From Thermoplasmata archaeon (GTDB lineage Archaea > Thermoplasmatota > Thermoplasmata > RBG-16-68-12): a DNA stretch of 64,000 bases. The translations under genes were made by a program, and so were the position numbers. Under the pieces are notes generated by a model. It saw only the letters and a program-made list of their open reading frames with translations, was not told where the DNA came from and ran no database searches. Below, piece after piece: positions 39,533 through 49,047 of this stretch. The stretch lies in assembly GCA_035636315.1 (NCBI GenBank), contig DASPZJ010000048.1, positions 908 to 64,907 on the forward strand, written 5' to 3'. The stretch's first letter is position 1, and each line of letters starts with the position of its first letter.

Positions 39533-40243
39533 CTAGATCGCCGGGGCCTCCGGCATTCGGATCATCGGGGCTTCCTTGCCGACGACGAAGACCTTTTCGA
39601 TGTCGGTCGAGAATCCCTCCTTGAACGTCACGATGTTCGACCGCGGGTTCCTGGTCCGCTGAATCGCGGCGACGTGCGCGATCTCGCCGACGTGCTGCCC
39701 TCCCGTCACGAGCACCGGCGCGCCCTCGACGAGCTCGTAGTGTTCCGCGACCTTCTGGTCCGGGACGTGGATCTTGAGCGTCGTGCCGGTCTTGTACGCA
39801 TCCTTTGCCAGCAGGATGTTTCGCCCATCGTGCAGGTTCAGTTGCGTCCTGCCCGCGCGGACCGTCGTCTTGTCCTCGACGCGGCAGAGCTTCCACGAGG
39901 CGTCGTCCGCTTCGACGGGAACGAGGGCCATGCGGCCCCGCGCGTCGACGAGCATGCGGTAGTGCGCCTTGACGTCGGCGAGGGACAGCACGTCCATCAA
40001 TCCGACCGAGAACCTCGGGTCCGTCACGACGCGGCCGTCGACCCGCACGGCGCGATTGTTCAGGATGTGCCGCGCCTCCCGCGCCGAGTCGCAGATCTTC
40101 AGCATGTCCCGCAGGATCAGCCCGAGCGGGACGCTGCGTTCGGCGGGGTGCGGGCCCGGGGACGGCCGGGACACCCAGAAGTCCGTCTTACGGGTGACCG
40201 TCCAGCTCCGGGGGGCCGGCAACCGCTTCAGATGTTTCTTCAC
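39533..40243 (-). CDS. rps4e: 30S ribosomal protein S4e (eS4)
   Basis: 236 aa MKKHLKRLPAPRSW... Confidence 0.9.
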   Translation of the reverse strand: MKKHLKRLPAPRSWTVTRKTDFWVSRPSPGPHPAERSVPLGLILRDMLKICDSAREARHILNNRAVRVDGRVVTDPRFSVGLMDVLSLADVKAHYRMLVDARGRMALVPVEADDASWKLCRVEDKTTVRAGRTQLNLHDGRNILLAKDAYKTGTTLKIHVPDQKVAEHYELVEGAPVLVTGGQHVGEIAHVAAIQRTRNPRSNIVTFKEGFSTDIEKVFVVGKEAPMIRMPEAPAI

Positions 40244-40250
40244 GATCCCC

Positions 40251-40541
40251 TCACTCCTCGAATCGGCGGCGCCTCCAGGCGTCCGTGTCGTCCATCCGTA
40301 CGATCATCAGGTTGGACGCGTGGATCGGGCGAGCGACCTTCTTCTCGTCCACCTTCTCGATCGTGATGCCCTCCACGACGACCGTCCCGTCCACCCGGTC
40401 CACACTGACGACCTTGCCTTCGCGCCCCTCGAAGCCGCCGCGCATCACGCGGACCGTATCGCCCTTGCGGACCGGGATGGCCCGGGGGATGCGTCCTTTC
40501 GCTTTGTCGTGCAGCTCCGGCGCCACGTGCGAGGACGCCAT
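40251..40541 (-). CDS. rpl24: 50S ribosomal protein L24 (uL24)
   Basis: KOW motif VRKGDTVRVMRGGFEGREGKV. Confidence 0.9.
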   Translation of the reverse strand: MASSHVAPELHDKAKGRIPRAIPVRKGDTVRVMRGGFEGREGKVVSVDRVDGTVVVEGITIEKVDEKKVARPIHASNLMIVRMDDTDAWRRRRFEE

Positions 40542-40619
40542 GAGGCGTTTCCGATGGAGGGGCGCGTTCGCCGCCCGCTTCCGTTGCTTCCGTGCCTTCG
40601 CGCTCGCCGTCGTCTCACC

Positions 40620-41018
40620 TCACACGATCATGCTCGCGGTCGCGGCGACTCTCGGCCAGCGCTCCGCGGCCTCTCGGGCGACGGGCCCTTTGATGTCCGA
40701 TCCCTTGACCTCGCCCTCCGGGGTCACGATGACGCACGCGTTGTCCTCGAACTGCACCATCATCCCCTCCGGTCGCCGGAACGGACGCCTCTGCCGCACG
40801 ATGACGGCGTTCATGACTTGCTTCCGCGTCTCCGGCGTCCCCTTCTTGACCGTGACGACCAAGAGGTCCGCGATGCCCGCGGACGCGAGGCGGTTGCGGA
40901 CGCCGCGGTACTTCAGCACCTCGATGATCTCGACGACCTTCGCGCCGGTGTTGTCGATGCACTCGAGGCGAGCGCCTTTCGGAAGGCCCCGCGTCTGCCG
41001 TCCGGGAAGTCCCTTCAT
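40620..41018 (-). CDS. rpl14: 50S ribosomal protein L14 (uL14)
   Basis: [34 protein letters not shown]... Confidence 0.9.
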   Translation of the reverse strand: MKGLPGRQTRGLPKGARLECIDNTGAKVVEIIEVLKYRGVRNRLASAGIADLLVVTVKKGTPETRKQVMNAVIVRQRRPFRRPEGMMVQFEDNACVIVTPEGEVKGSDIKGPVAREAAERWPRVAATASMIV

Positions 41019-41416
41019 GCGGCCACCGCCTGGTTGTGGATCGCGACGAAGTGCACCGTCTTTCCGAGAGGCCGACACTCCATCATCGTGATGCGATTCC
41101 CGACCTGCAGCCCGAGGCACGGCGGCGCATGGACGTTCATGCGGTGGGTGCGCTTCTCATACCGTTCGTATTTCCGGATGTATCGCAGATATTCGCGCTC
41201 GACGACGACCGTGTTCTGCATCTTCGCGGAGACGACGACGCCCTCGAGGCTCTGACCGCGGACCGGGAGACCCCCGTGGAACGGGCACTTCGCATCCGTG
41301 CACGTCCGCCCGGGGACCGGCACGTCGATCCCGATGTCCCGCGCCCCCTGCGCCGCGGATCGCGCGGGCGCCGTCGGGGCCGAGGCGGGTTTCTTCGCGG
41401 CTTTCTTCTCGGCCAT
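41015..41416 (-). CDS. rps17: 30S ribosomal protein S17 (uS17) with A/K-rich N-terminal extension
   Basis: OB-fold core [40 protein letters not shown]. Confidence 0.85.
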   Translation of the reverse strand: MAEKKAAKKPASAPTAPARSAAQGARDIGIDVPVPGRTCTDAKCPFHGGLPVRGQSLEGVVVSAKMQNTVVVEREYLRYIRKYERYEKRTHRMNVHAPPCLGLQVGNRITMMECRPLGKTVHFVAIHNQAVAA

Positions 41417-41420
41417 GGAA

Positions 41421-41678
41421 TCACCGGGCCTTCTTCACGCGGTCTTCGGGCCGATAGCGAATTTCGTCGCCGTCGAGCTCGAGGCCGCCTTGAACGTCAA
41501 ATCGGAACCGGCTCCCGTGCTTCGGGATCCGCTTCTCCTCCCCCGCGATCTCGAGGACGAGCATGTTCCGCGTCTCGTCGACCACGCGGCCGTGGAGGTG
41601 GGCCTGGGTCGGGTCCGTCGCGCCGAGCACCTCGACGCGCAGCCCGATCAGCTCATGCTTCCGGAGGTTCAATGTCAC
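41421..41678 (-). CDS. rnp1: ribonuclease P protein component 1 (Rpp29/Pop4 homolog)
   Basis: 85 aa Sm-like; canonical position between SUI1 and S17. Confidence 0.75.
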   Translation of the reverse strand: MTLNLRKHELIGLRVEVLGATDPTQAHLHGRVVDETRNMLVLEIAGEEKRIPKHGSRFRFDVQGGLELDGDEIRYRPEDRVKKAR

Positions 41679-41971
41679 ACCACCTGGACTCGGTAGCCCA
41701 TGCCCTGGAGGACTTCCTGCACCCGCTTGCGGTGCTCGCCTTGCAGCTCGATACGGCCTTCCTTGGCCGTGCCCCCGGCGGCGCAGCGGTTCTTCAGGGT
41801 CCGTGCGAGCTCATCGATGTCGATGTCCCCGATGTCCAGCCCCTCGACGATCGTCATCGTCTTGCCGTACCGGCGCGTGTCATGGCTCACGCGAATCAGC
41901 TGCTGCTCCTTCGCGATCTCCTCGCACACACAAAGCTCGTCCGGGAGGCCGCACGTCGCGCAGATCGCCAT
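41675..41971 (-). CDS. sui1: translation initiation factor SUI1 (aSUI1/eIF1 homolog)
   Basis: CATCGLPDELCVC zinc motif then SUI1 fold. Confidence 0.85.
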   Translation of the reverse strand: MAICATCGLPDELCVCEEIAKEQQLIRVSHDTRRYGKTMTIVEGLDIGDIDIDELARTLKNRCAAGGTAKEGRIELQGEHRKRVQEVLQGMGYRVQVV

Positions 41972-42225
41972 CAGGTCGCCTCCTTCGGTTCGGGCTTTGG
42001 AGAGGCCGCCGGCTTCGCAGTCCCGAGCATCTCTTCTTCCCGGGTGATCGTGAGGATGCGGGCGATGTTCTTCCGCAGCGCGCGGATCTTTCCGGGGTTC
42101 GGCGGCGCGCCGCCCATCGCTGCGACGCCCCGCTCGTGCATCAACTCGTCTTGGAGCTCCGTGAGCTTCTTCGCGAGCGTCTCCGCGTCCATCGCGCGGA
42201 TCTCCTTCGTCCGGAGGAGCGGCAT
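41971..42225 (-). CDS. rpl29: 50S ribosomal protein L29 (uL29)
   Basis: 84 aa helical. Confidence 0.85.
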   Translation of the reverse strand: MPLLRTKEIRAMDAETLAKKLTELQDELMHERGVAAMGGAPPNPGKIRALRKNIARILTITREEEMLGTAKPAASPKPEPKEAT

Positions 42226-43131
42226 CTACGATTCGTCGCCTCCTTCCGCCCCGAGGTCGGCGTCGACCCCGAGTTCTTTGACTTCCTTCGCGACCTTCTT
42301 CAGTCGCTTCGTCGCGACCTTGCTCTTCTTCACTTTCTTTGCGGTGTCGTCGGCGTCATCGAGCGGCAACAGCGGCTCGGCTTCCTCGGGCTCCTCGCCC
42401 TCCGCGGCGGCGACTATCGGGACCTCCGGCTTCGCCTCCACGACGGACGCCGATTCGGCCGCCCGGGCCGCCGCCTCGACGGCGGCGGCCTCCGCCGCTG
42501 CGACGTACTCCGCGGATGGCTGCTTGACCTCGACCTCGTCGGGCAACCGGGCTCTCGGGCTCATGATCTCGACGGTGACGCCGATGACCCCAGGCTTCAG
42601 CTTCGCCACCGCAAATCCGAGGTCCATCCAAAGGTGCCGCGGCTCGCCGCAGTACTTGATATGACCGGCTTTGAACTTCTCTCTCCGGTGACGCTGCCCG
42701 GTCAGCTTGCCCGCGATCACGACGAGGCAGCCTTTCGCGCCCGCCTCCATGATCCGCCGGACGGTCGAGTGCCCCGCCCGCCGGAAGTGCCATCCACGCT
42801 CAAGCGCGTTCGACAACTTTTCCGCCATGATCTGCGCGTTCAGCGCCGGGGTCTCGACCTCCTGCACCTCGATCTGGGGATTGTCGAACTTGAACTGCCG
42901 CTCAACCGCCTCCGTGAGGCTCTTGATGGCGCCGCCTTTCCGGCCGATGACGAGCCCGGGTCGTTCCGCCAACAGCGAGACCCGTGTGCCCATCGGCGTC
43001 CTCTGGATGTCGAGGCCCCCGAATCCCGCGCGGCGCGTCTCGCTCATCAGATATTCTTTCAGGAGGACGCGGCGCACGTTCTCGACGATGATGCGTTTGT
43101 CCTTCCGCTCAACCTTCGCTTCGCGCGCCAC
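42226..43131 (-). CDS. rps3: 30S ribosomal protein S3 (uS3) with A/E/K-rich C-terminal extension
   Basis: KH domain + S3-C; tail AAAEAAAVEAAARAAES...KKVKKSKVATKRLKK. Confidence 0.9.
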   Translation of the reverse strand: MAREAKVERKDKRIIVENVRRVLLKEYLMSETRRAGFGGLDIQRTPMGTRVSLLAERPGLVIGRKGGAIKSLTEAVERQFKFDNPQIEVQEVETPALNAQIMAEKLSNALERGWHFRRAGHSTVRRIMEAGAKGCLVVIAGKLTGQRHRREKFKAGHIKYCGEPRHLWMDLGFAVAKLKPGVIGVTVEIMSPRARLPDEVEVKQPSAEYVAAAEAAAVEAAARAAESASVVEAKPEVPIVAAAEGEEPEEAEPLLPLDDADDTAKKVKKSKVATKRLKKVAKEVKELGVDADLGAEGGDES

Positions 43132-43132
43132 G

Positions 43133-43600
43133 TCACGCCACCTCTTCCAGCACGATCTCGAGGTTGACGGTGTCCTGGTTCCACGGCCCGCTGCGGCCGT
43201 ACGCCCGCGGCCGCATCGCCTTCGTGATCGAGCCCTTGTGCGCGTTGATCACCCGGATCACCATCGCGTCGGGGTCGTCTTTTCCCGTGAACTCCGCGTT
43301 CGAGACCGCGCTCTCGAGCACCTTGAGGAACGCCTTCGCAGCCTTGACAGGATAGCGGGCCGGGCCCATTCCGGACTTGTGGGCGACCCAGCGCTTGTAC
43401 TTCTTCATCGGGACGGGCTGCTTCAGCGAGATCACCCGCTCCAGGTACTCGCGGGCGTTGTCGACCGTCTTGCCGCGGAGCGCCCGGGCGAGCTCCACGG
43501 ACTTCTTCCAGGCGAGGGGCATGTCCCGGCCGTACGCTCGGGCCATCGTCTCGATCTTGTATTCCATCGTATACCCGAGCTTGGTCATGCGTCCCCTCAT
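43133..43600 (-). CDS. rpl22: 50S ribosomal protein L22 (uL22)
   Basis: 155 aa. Confidence 0.9.
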   Translation of the reverse strand: MRGRMTKLGYTMEYKIETMARAYGRDMPLAWKKSVELARALRGKTVDNAREYLERVISLKQPVPMKKYKRWVAHKSGMGPARYPVKAAKAFLKVLESAVSNAEFTGKDDPDAMVIRVINAHKGSITKAMRPRAYGRSGPWNQDTVNLEIVLEEVA

Positions 43601-44067
43601 TTCAGCGGCATGAACTTCGACGATCGCGTCGCGCCGACGCCGGGCCCGCTGTGGACCACGGGCCTGCGTGTCATCGCGAACTCGCCGACGTAATGCCCGA
43701 TCATCTCCGGTTTGATCTCGACCGTCACGAACTCCTTCCCGTTGTGGATCGCGACCTTCTTCCCGATGAAGTCCGGGAGGATCGGCACGTCCCGGCAGTG
43801 CGTCCGCACCGCATCCTCCGTGCCGTTGGCGCGCAGCTTCTCGATGAAGGTGAGGCGTTCCTCGTCGATCCCCCGCATGAACGAGCGCCGCGGACGCGCC
43901 GGGAGCAGCTCGATGATCTCTTCGAGGGTCATCGCCTTCATCTCGTCGAGCGTGTACCCGCGGTATGTGAACTCTTTCTTGCGGCGGGTCTCGACGAGCC
44001 CCGCGCGCTTCCGCAGCTTCCGTCGCGCCGCCTTCGCCAGGCCGCCCATCTTCTTTGCCATCCTCAC
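43597..44067 (-). CDS. rps19: 30S ribosomal protein S19 (uS19) (possible N-terminal extension)
   Basis: KKEFTYRGYTLDEMKAMTLEEIIELLPARPRR... Confidence 0.85.
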   Translation of the reverse strand: MRMAKKMGGLAKAARRKLRKRAGLVETRRKKEFTYRGYTLDEMKAMTLEEIIELLPARPRRSFMRGIDEERLTFIEKLRANGTEDAVRTHCRDVPILPDFIGKKVAIHNGKEFVTVEIKPEMIGHYVGEFAMTRRPVVHSGPGVGATRSSKFMPLK

Positions 44068-44777
44068 GTCCTCCGTCGTTTCGCTTTCAGCCGCTTCGGC
44101 TGCGGCGACATCCGGCCGACCTTGCGACCGGGAGGAGCATCATAGCCCACCGTCGACGGCTTTCCGACGTGCTGGTGGGAACCGCCGCCGTGGGGATGGT
44201 CCACCGGGTTCATCGCGACCCCGCGCACGTTGAACATCGCCTTGCTGAAGGAACGGTACGAGAACCACTTCTTCCCCGCCTTCGTGAAGGGCTTGTCGCC
44301 GCGGCCCGCGCCCGCGACCGCGCCGATCGTCGCGCGGCACTCCCGATGGAACGAGTGGAACTGACCGGACGGGAGTTGCACGACGGTACGCTCACCGTGG
44401 CTCACCACGACCGCCTGGGTGCCGGCGGCGCGGACGAACCGACCTCCGTCTCCGGGCCTCGCCTCGATGTTGTACACGAGGGTTCCCTCCGGGATGTCCT
44501 TCAGGGGCAGCGTGTTCCCGCGGTCGATGTTCGGGGCGCCGTGGGTGACCCGCTGTCCAACGGACAGCCCGTCGCACGCGATCATGAGGACCTCCTGTCC
44601 GCCGAACCGCACGCGGGCGAGGGGCGCCGTGTGGCCGGGCGCCTGAAAGATGTCCGTCACCACGCCGGCACCGGGGAGGCGGGGATGCGCGACCAGTCCG
44701 GGATGTCGATGGCTCGGCGATCGGTACGTCGGGGACGTACCGCGGCCGCGGCGCTGGGAGCGCAGGTTCTTTCCCAT
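44064..44777 (-). CDS. rpl2: 50S ribosomal protein L2 (uL2)
   Basis: 237 aa; ...HPHGGGSHQHVGK... Confidence 0.9.
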   Translation of the reverse strand: MGKNLRSQRRGRGTSPTYRSPSHRHPGLVAHPRLPGAGVVTDIFQAPGHTAPLARVRFGGQEVLMIACDGLSVGQRVTHGAPNIDRGNTLPLKDIPEGTLVYNIEARPGDGGRFVRAAGTQAVVVSHGERTVVQLPSGQFHSFHRECRATIGAVAGAGRGDKPFTKAGKKWFSYRSFSKAMFNVRGVAMNPVDHPHGGGSHQHVGKPSTVGYDAPPGRKVGRMSPQPKRLKAKRRRT

Positions 44778-45058
44778 CAGAACACCCCGATCCGCATGCC
44801 GATCTCTTCCGCGGAGAATTCCGGCTTGAGCTTGATGATCGCATGCTTGCCGTCCTTCCGGACGAACGTGTTGACTTTCGCGACCTTCACCTGGAACAGG
44901 TCCTCGAACGCTTTCTTGACCTCGGCCCGGGTTGCCTCCCGCCGTACGAGGAACTCGAGGCGGTTCCCGTCTTTCAGATTCTGCGCGGGGGTGCCTTGTA
45001 GCATGTTGAGTGATTTTTCCGTGACGTAGGGATGCAGGAGAATCTCGTGCGGCTTCAT
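44777..45058 (-). CDS. rpl23: 50S ribosomal protein L23 (uL23)
   Basis: 93 aa. Confidence 0.9.
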   Translation of the reverse strand: MKPHEILLHPYVTEKSLNMLQGTPAQNLKDGNRLEFLVRREATRAEVKKAFEDLFQVKVAKVNTFVRKDGKHAIIKLKPEFSAEEIGMRIGVF

Positions 45059-45990
45059 GGGCTCCAGCTCCGCAGGACCTCGAGCGCGCCCTCGCTGAAC
45101 ACGGTGAGTCGCCCGGGATCGCCGCCGGGCGCGAGCAACTCCGCGTTGAGCGCGGCCGGACTCACGACCTCGACGCCGGGGAGGTTGCCGAAGAGACGGC
45201 GCACCTTATCCGCCTCCTTGACCACGATGAGCAGGCTCCGCGGTTGGCGGTACCGCCGACCGCGCATCTTCCCGCGACCGGCTCGGATGTGGCGCCCGTC
45301 CTTTGCGCGATCGACGTCGGCGATCACGCCGAGGCGATTCAGGATGCGGAGGCCTTCGCGGGTCGCGCGGTTGTCCAGGTCGACCGCCTCGATGCCATCT
45401 TCGACGATTACCGGGAGACTCAGGTCCTCGTCGAACCGGTGGCCCCTCAACGAGACGAGCGAAGGATCCCTGACCGCGGCGAGCGCCGCGTTGCGAGCGA
45501 GCCGCCGTTCGTGATCGTTAATCTTCTTCGCCCAGATGGCCTGAATCCGAGGCGGGTGCGCGCGACGGCCGCCGACGGTCCCGGGAGCCTGCGCCCCGAT
45601 CATCGTCCCGCGAATCCGCGGCACCCGTGAAACGCCGTGGCCTTTTCCGGACCACCGGACGGAATGGCGCGTGCCCGCGGTGAAGGACGACCCGTACGGT
45701 TGGCGGCGGTTCGCCTGCGCGGACGTCACCGCGCGTCGGATGAGGTCCGTGCGAACTTCCGATTGAAAGACCGGGGGCAACTCGACGCTCTTCAGGACGT
45801 CGCCGTCGAGGGAGTACACGTGGACCTGGCCCGCCGTCAGCGCGGGTCGTTCGGTCTTCTTCTCCTTGGGCTTCGACTCTTTCTCGGCCTTGGTCGCCTT
45901 GGTCGCCTTGGCGGCCTTGGCGGGCTTCTTCGCGCGAAGGCGCCGCTTGGGTGCTTCCTTCTCGGCGGATTCCGCGGCCGACTCCTTCAT
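45055..45990 (-). CDS. rpl4: 50S ribosomal protein L4 (uL4) with ~50 aa K/A/E-rich N-terminal extension
   Basis: MKESAAESAEKEAPKRRLRAKKPAKAAKATKATKAEKESKPKEKK then canonical L4 start-like VHVYSLDGDVLKSVELPPVF; ORF-track upstream part rejected. Confidence 0.8.
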   Translation of the reverse strand: MKESAAESAEKEAPKRRLRAKKPAKAAKATKATKAEKESKPKEKKTERPALTAGQVHVYSLDGDVLKSVELPPVFQSEVRTDLIRRAVTSAQANRRQPYGSSFTAGTRHSVRWSGKGHGVSRVPRIRGTMIGAQAPGTVGGRRAHPPRIQAIWAKKINDHERRLARNAALAAVRDPSLVSLRGHRFDEDLSLPVIVEDGIEAVDLDNRATREGLRILNRLGVIADVDRAKDGRHIRAGRGKMRGRRYRQPRSLLIVVKEADKVRRLFGNLPGVEVVSPAALNAELLAPGGDPGRLTVFSEGALEVLRSWSP

Positions 45991-46013
45991 GTCTTCGGGA
46001 TCTGCCAAGCCGG

Positions 46014-47018
46014 TCACACCCCCTGCTTCGCTTCTCGTGAGACATACGTCAGCTCGGGCGACTTCTCCAGCTTGACGTAGCCGACGCGGGCCGCGTCCCG
46101 GAATCGGATCAACCGCTTCGTCGGGCCCGGGATCGAGCCGTGCAGGAGCACGTACGGATTCCGCACCAAGCCGTAGTGGAGGAAGCCGCCATTCGGCGTG
46201 ATATCGTCGCCCTTCTCGCCGATCTTCAGGATCCGCTTGTTGTACTCGGTCCGCTGGTGGTACCCGAACTGGCCGCCCTGCGGCACGGTCGGCCGCACGT
46301 ACCCGGGCTGGAAGTTCCCGAGCGTCCCGATGTTCCGGCGGTGCTTCGAGTTCTTGTGGCTCAGGAGGCGCGTGCCCCAACGCGTGTGATGACCCTGCCA
46401 TCCCTTGCCCTTCGTGATCGCCGCGACATCGACCATCGAGCCCTCGCGACAGAATTCAGTCACGGGAATCTCTTTCCCGAGCAGGCCTTTCGCATACTTG
46501 ACGCGGTCGTCTACAGAACCCCCGGCCACCCGATTCTCCATGAGATCCGGCTTCTTCTTCGGGACCCCTGTGACGAGCGCGGGCTGTGTGAAGGTGATGA
46601 GTCGGACGTCGTCCACATCGGCGGTATTCGCCTTCTTCCATGCGTCGTCGGCATCGTAGTCCTTCGGAATGGGGAAGACCCGCCGCAGTTCCTTGTCGAG
46701 CCGCGGGCTCCACACCTCGGTGACCGTCTTCAGGCCCTCCGGGACCCGGCGGTACAGGCGCACGCCTGCGACGCGCATCGGCGGCACCTCGACGACCGTG
46801 ACGGGCACCTGCACCTCTTGCCCCGAGGTCGTCGACGTCGGTCGATAGTCGATCACGATCGCGTGGGTCATGCCGGCTTTGTATCCCGCGAAGCCCTGGA
46901 CTTTCGGGGCCCCGCCGTCGGTGTCGGGCCAGCTCGAGAAATGAGGAATCGGGCTCTCGCTCCGCTTGCGGGGCGAAAAGCCCATCGATCCGTGTCGGGG
47001 TCGGTGCTCCTTGGGCAC
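46014..47018 (-). CDS. rpl3: 50S ribosomal protein L3 (uL3); first gene of superoperon
   Basis: GTG start giving VPKEHRPRHGSMGFSPRKRSES (cf. archaeal MPK.HRPRRGSL.FSPRKRA); alternative ATG at 46985. Confidence 0.85.
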   Translation of the reverse strand: MPKEHRPRHGSMGFSPRKRSESPIPHFSSWPDTDGGAPKVQGFAGYKAGMTHAIVIDYRPTSTTSGQEVQVPVTVVEVPPMRVAGVRLYRRVPEGLKTVTEVWSPRLDKELRRVFPIPKDYDADDAWKKANTADVDDVRLITFTQPALVTGVPKKKPDLMENRVAGGSVDDRVKYAKGLLGKEIPVTEFCREGSMVDVAAITKGKGWQGHHTRWGTRLLSHKNSKHRRNIGTLGNFQPGYVRPTVPQGGQFGYHQRTEYNKRILKIGEKGDDITPNGGFLHYGLVRNPYVLLHGSIPGPTKRLIRFRDAARVGYVKLEKSPELTYVSREAKQGV

Positions 47019-47151
47019 TGCGCCACTCCTCCGGAGAGAGTAATCTCTCGTCGCGTGCTTCGAGACGCGAGCCGTTGCCGCGCCACCGTGACGCTGCCTG
47101 CGGACCCAGAACAAACGGGCCCGCATTGCCGGGATCCGCAAGGGATTGCCC

Positions 47152-47183
47152 GGGAGCGTGTGGTCGGCGCGCTGAGCGCTCCC
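47152..47183. promoter_or_regulatory. 7-bp inverted repeat (GGGAGCG...CGCTCCC, 18-nt spacer) abutting TATA-like elements of the ribosomal operon promoter region
   Basis: Read directly; TATA-like TTAAATAG / CTATAGAG on minus strand at 47185-47205. Confidence 0.25.
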
Positions 47184-47266
47184 TATAGAGGGGGTCTATT
47201 TAATTCTTTGGAGAACGTCGTGCGTTCTCTGGAGGAAACCGTCGACCGATCGGACGCCGGAGGGAT

Positions 47267-47434
47267 TCAGTGGAGGAGCGCCTTGGGCTTCGCCTTCCGC
47301 GGCTCCAGGGTCTCGATGGCGATCGGCTTGACGATCGGATCGTCCTCGGCCGCCTCGAGCTCTTCGTCCGCTTCTTCCTCTGCGAGCGCCCGCCAGAACG
47401 CCCGCATGCGGGCGTCGTAGTATTCGTCGCACAT
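47267..47434 (-). CDS. small acidic hypothetical protein (55 aa; alternative start 47473)
   Basis: MCDEYYDARMRAFWRALAEEEADEELEAAEDDPIVKPIAIETLEPRKAKPKALLH; strong GC3 codon bias versus antisense ORF 47270..47548. Confidence 0.3.
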   Translation of the reverse strand: MCDEYYDARMRAFWRALAEEEADEELEAAEDDPIVKPIAIETLEPRKAKPKALLH

Positions 47435-47610
47435 CGTCGCGCCTTTGGGACCCTCAGCGCTTGGAGGATACAATACGCTTTCTCATTCCGAGCGCTCGCG
47501 GCCGCGGCGGAATGGGTGGCAGGCACGGGCTCGGCGTATCGGGGCTGATAACATTCCCATAACTTTTAAGCGGGTCTCCCCGGCTATGCCACGTCGCGCG
47601 GCGGTCTTTC

Positions 47611-48174
47611 ATGGAAGTAAAGCGGATGAAAGTGAAGGTGTGCCTCGTCGGCGAGGCGGCCGTCGGGAAGACGTCGCTCATCCGCCGGTTCGTCTTGGAC
47701 AACTTCGACGACAAGTACATCCAGACGCTCGGCACGAAGGTCTCGAAGAAAGAACTCACGTCCTCGGTGCCCGAAGGCGCCGGCGAGCTCAAGATCGACA
47801 TGACGATCTGGGACATCATGGGTCAGAAGGGGTTCCGGGAACTCCTCAAGGAAGCGTACTTCTACGGTGCCCGGGGGATCCTCGCGGTGTGCGACGTCAC
47901 CCGCCGGAAGACCCTCGACGATCTCGACGACTGGATCGAAGGCGTCTACAGCGTCACCGGGAAGATCCCGATCGAGTTCCTGGGGAACAAGGTCGACCTG
48001 AAGGACCAGGCACAGATCACGGAGGACGAGATGGTCCAGGCGGCGCGCGCGTACGACAGTCCCTTCCATTTCACCTCCGCCAAGACGGGCGTCAACGTCG
48101 AGACCGCCTTCCAGTCCCTCGCCGAACGTGTCGCGAAAGAGCGCTACACCCGGAAGGTTATCCCCGAAGAATGA
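47611..48174 (+). CDS. Rab-like small GTPase (Ras superfamily), paralog 1
   Basis: G1 GEAAVGKTS, switch I YIQTLGTKV, G3 WDIMGQ, G4 GNKVD, G5 TSAK; 187 aa, no C-terminal Cys. Confidence 0.75.
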   Translation: MEVKRMKVKVCLVGEAAVGKTSLIRRFVLDNFDDKYIQTLGTKVSKKELTSSVPEGAGELKIDMTIWDIMGQKGFRELLKEAYFYGARGILAVCDVTRRKTLDDLDDWIEGVYSVTGKIPIEFLGNKVDLKDQAQITEDEMVQAARAYDSPFHFTSAKTGVNVETAFQSLAERVAKERYTRKVIPEE

Positions 48175-48309
48175 GAATCGTCAGGGGCAATCGGAGCGAG
48201 GACAAGCCGCCCTTACTCTAACTCTTCCTGATGCCGATCGGCGCTCGTCGCTGAAGATTGAGAGCGAACAGGGTGGGACGGCGACTCCCCCAGGCGCATA
48301 TCGACGACC

Positions 48310-48322
48310 GATAATACTTATC
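48310..48322. promoter_or_regulatory. palindrome GATAA-TAC-TTATC upstream of GTPase paralog 2, followed by TATA-like ACATAAAT (~48349)
   Basis: Read directly. Confidence 0.3.
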
Positions 48323-48379
48323 AGGGACGATACTCGCGTCCTCACGGTACATAAATCAGCGCCGGGTTGGGCGTCGTTG

Positions 48380-48934
48380 ATGGCGGTGCCCGCGTTGGTC
48401 GGCCAGAAGCACGTCAAGGTGAAAGTGTGCTTGGTCGGCGACGTCGCCGTCGGAAAGACATCCCTCATCAAGCGGTACGTGCAGGACGCGTTCGAGGACC
48501 GGTACATCGCGACCGTTGGGACCAAGGTCACGAAGAAGACGGTCGACGTGATGTGGAGAGGCGCGAACGCGAGCCTCGACATGATGGTGTGGGACATCAT
48601 GGGGGAGAAAGGGTTCCGAGCGCTCCTCCGTGACGCGTACTTCGAGGGCTCCCACGGCGTGATCGCGGTCTGCGACATGACCCGCAAGGATACGTTCTAC
48701 GACCTGAACAACTGGGTGCAGATGATCCGGAAGCAGGTGGGCAACGTCCCCATCGTCTTCCTGGGAAACAAGTTCGATCTGAAGGAGCGCCTCGTCGTGA
48801 GCGAGGAGGAACTCGCGCGGATGGGCACGATCCACAACGCGAAGCACTTCGTCACTTCGGCGAAGACCGGCCAGGGAGTCAACGAGGCGTTCAAGGTCCT
48901 CGGGGACGCGATCGCGCACGGCGGCGATGCGTGA
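48380..48934 (+). CDS. Rab-like small GTPase, paralog 2 (switch II Gln replaced by Glu)
   Basis: MAVPALVGQKHVKVKVCLVGDVAVGKTS..., WDIMGEKGF, GNKFD, TSAK; ORF-track start 48128 rejected. Confidence 0.75.
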   Translation: MAVPALVGQKHVKVKVCLVGDVAVGKTSLIKRYVQDAFEDRYIATVGTKVTKKTVDVMWRGANASLDMMVWDIMGEKGFRALLRDAYFEGSHGVIAVCDMTRKDTFYDLNNWVQMIRKQVGNVPIVFLGNKFDLKERLVVSEEELARMGTIHNAKHFVTSAKTGQGVNEAFKVLGDAIAHGGDA

Positions 48935-48966
48935 GCCGCCGCGGCGCATCGAGTCAAGACGTGCGT

Positions 48967-48984
48967 GTTATCTCATCAGATAAC
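48967..48984. promoter_or_regulatory. perfect palindrome GTTATCT-CATC-AGATAAC upstream of GTPase paralog 3, followed by TATA box TTTATAAT (~48998-49007)
   Basis: Read directly. Confidence 0.35.
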
Positions 48985-49047
48985 CGTTGAGCAATTCCTT
49001 TATAATCTGAGCCTCGTGAGCGCGACGCAACCCGTCCGGGGACTTCC

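Noticed and set aside
38872-41020. Repeated GTGA/ATGA start-stop overlaps (L5/S14, S17/L14, hyuA/hyuB, taw1/membrane gene, acnX large/small)
   Set aside because: Ordinary translational coupling in compact archaeal operons; used as supporting evidence for gene calls rather than reported as a finding.
47270-47548. Plus-strand 92-aa ORF upstream of GTPase 1
   Set aside because: Weaker third-position GC bias than the antisense small acidic ORF; R/L-rich; likely spurious.
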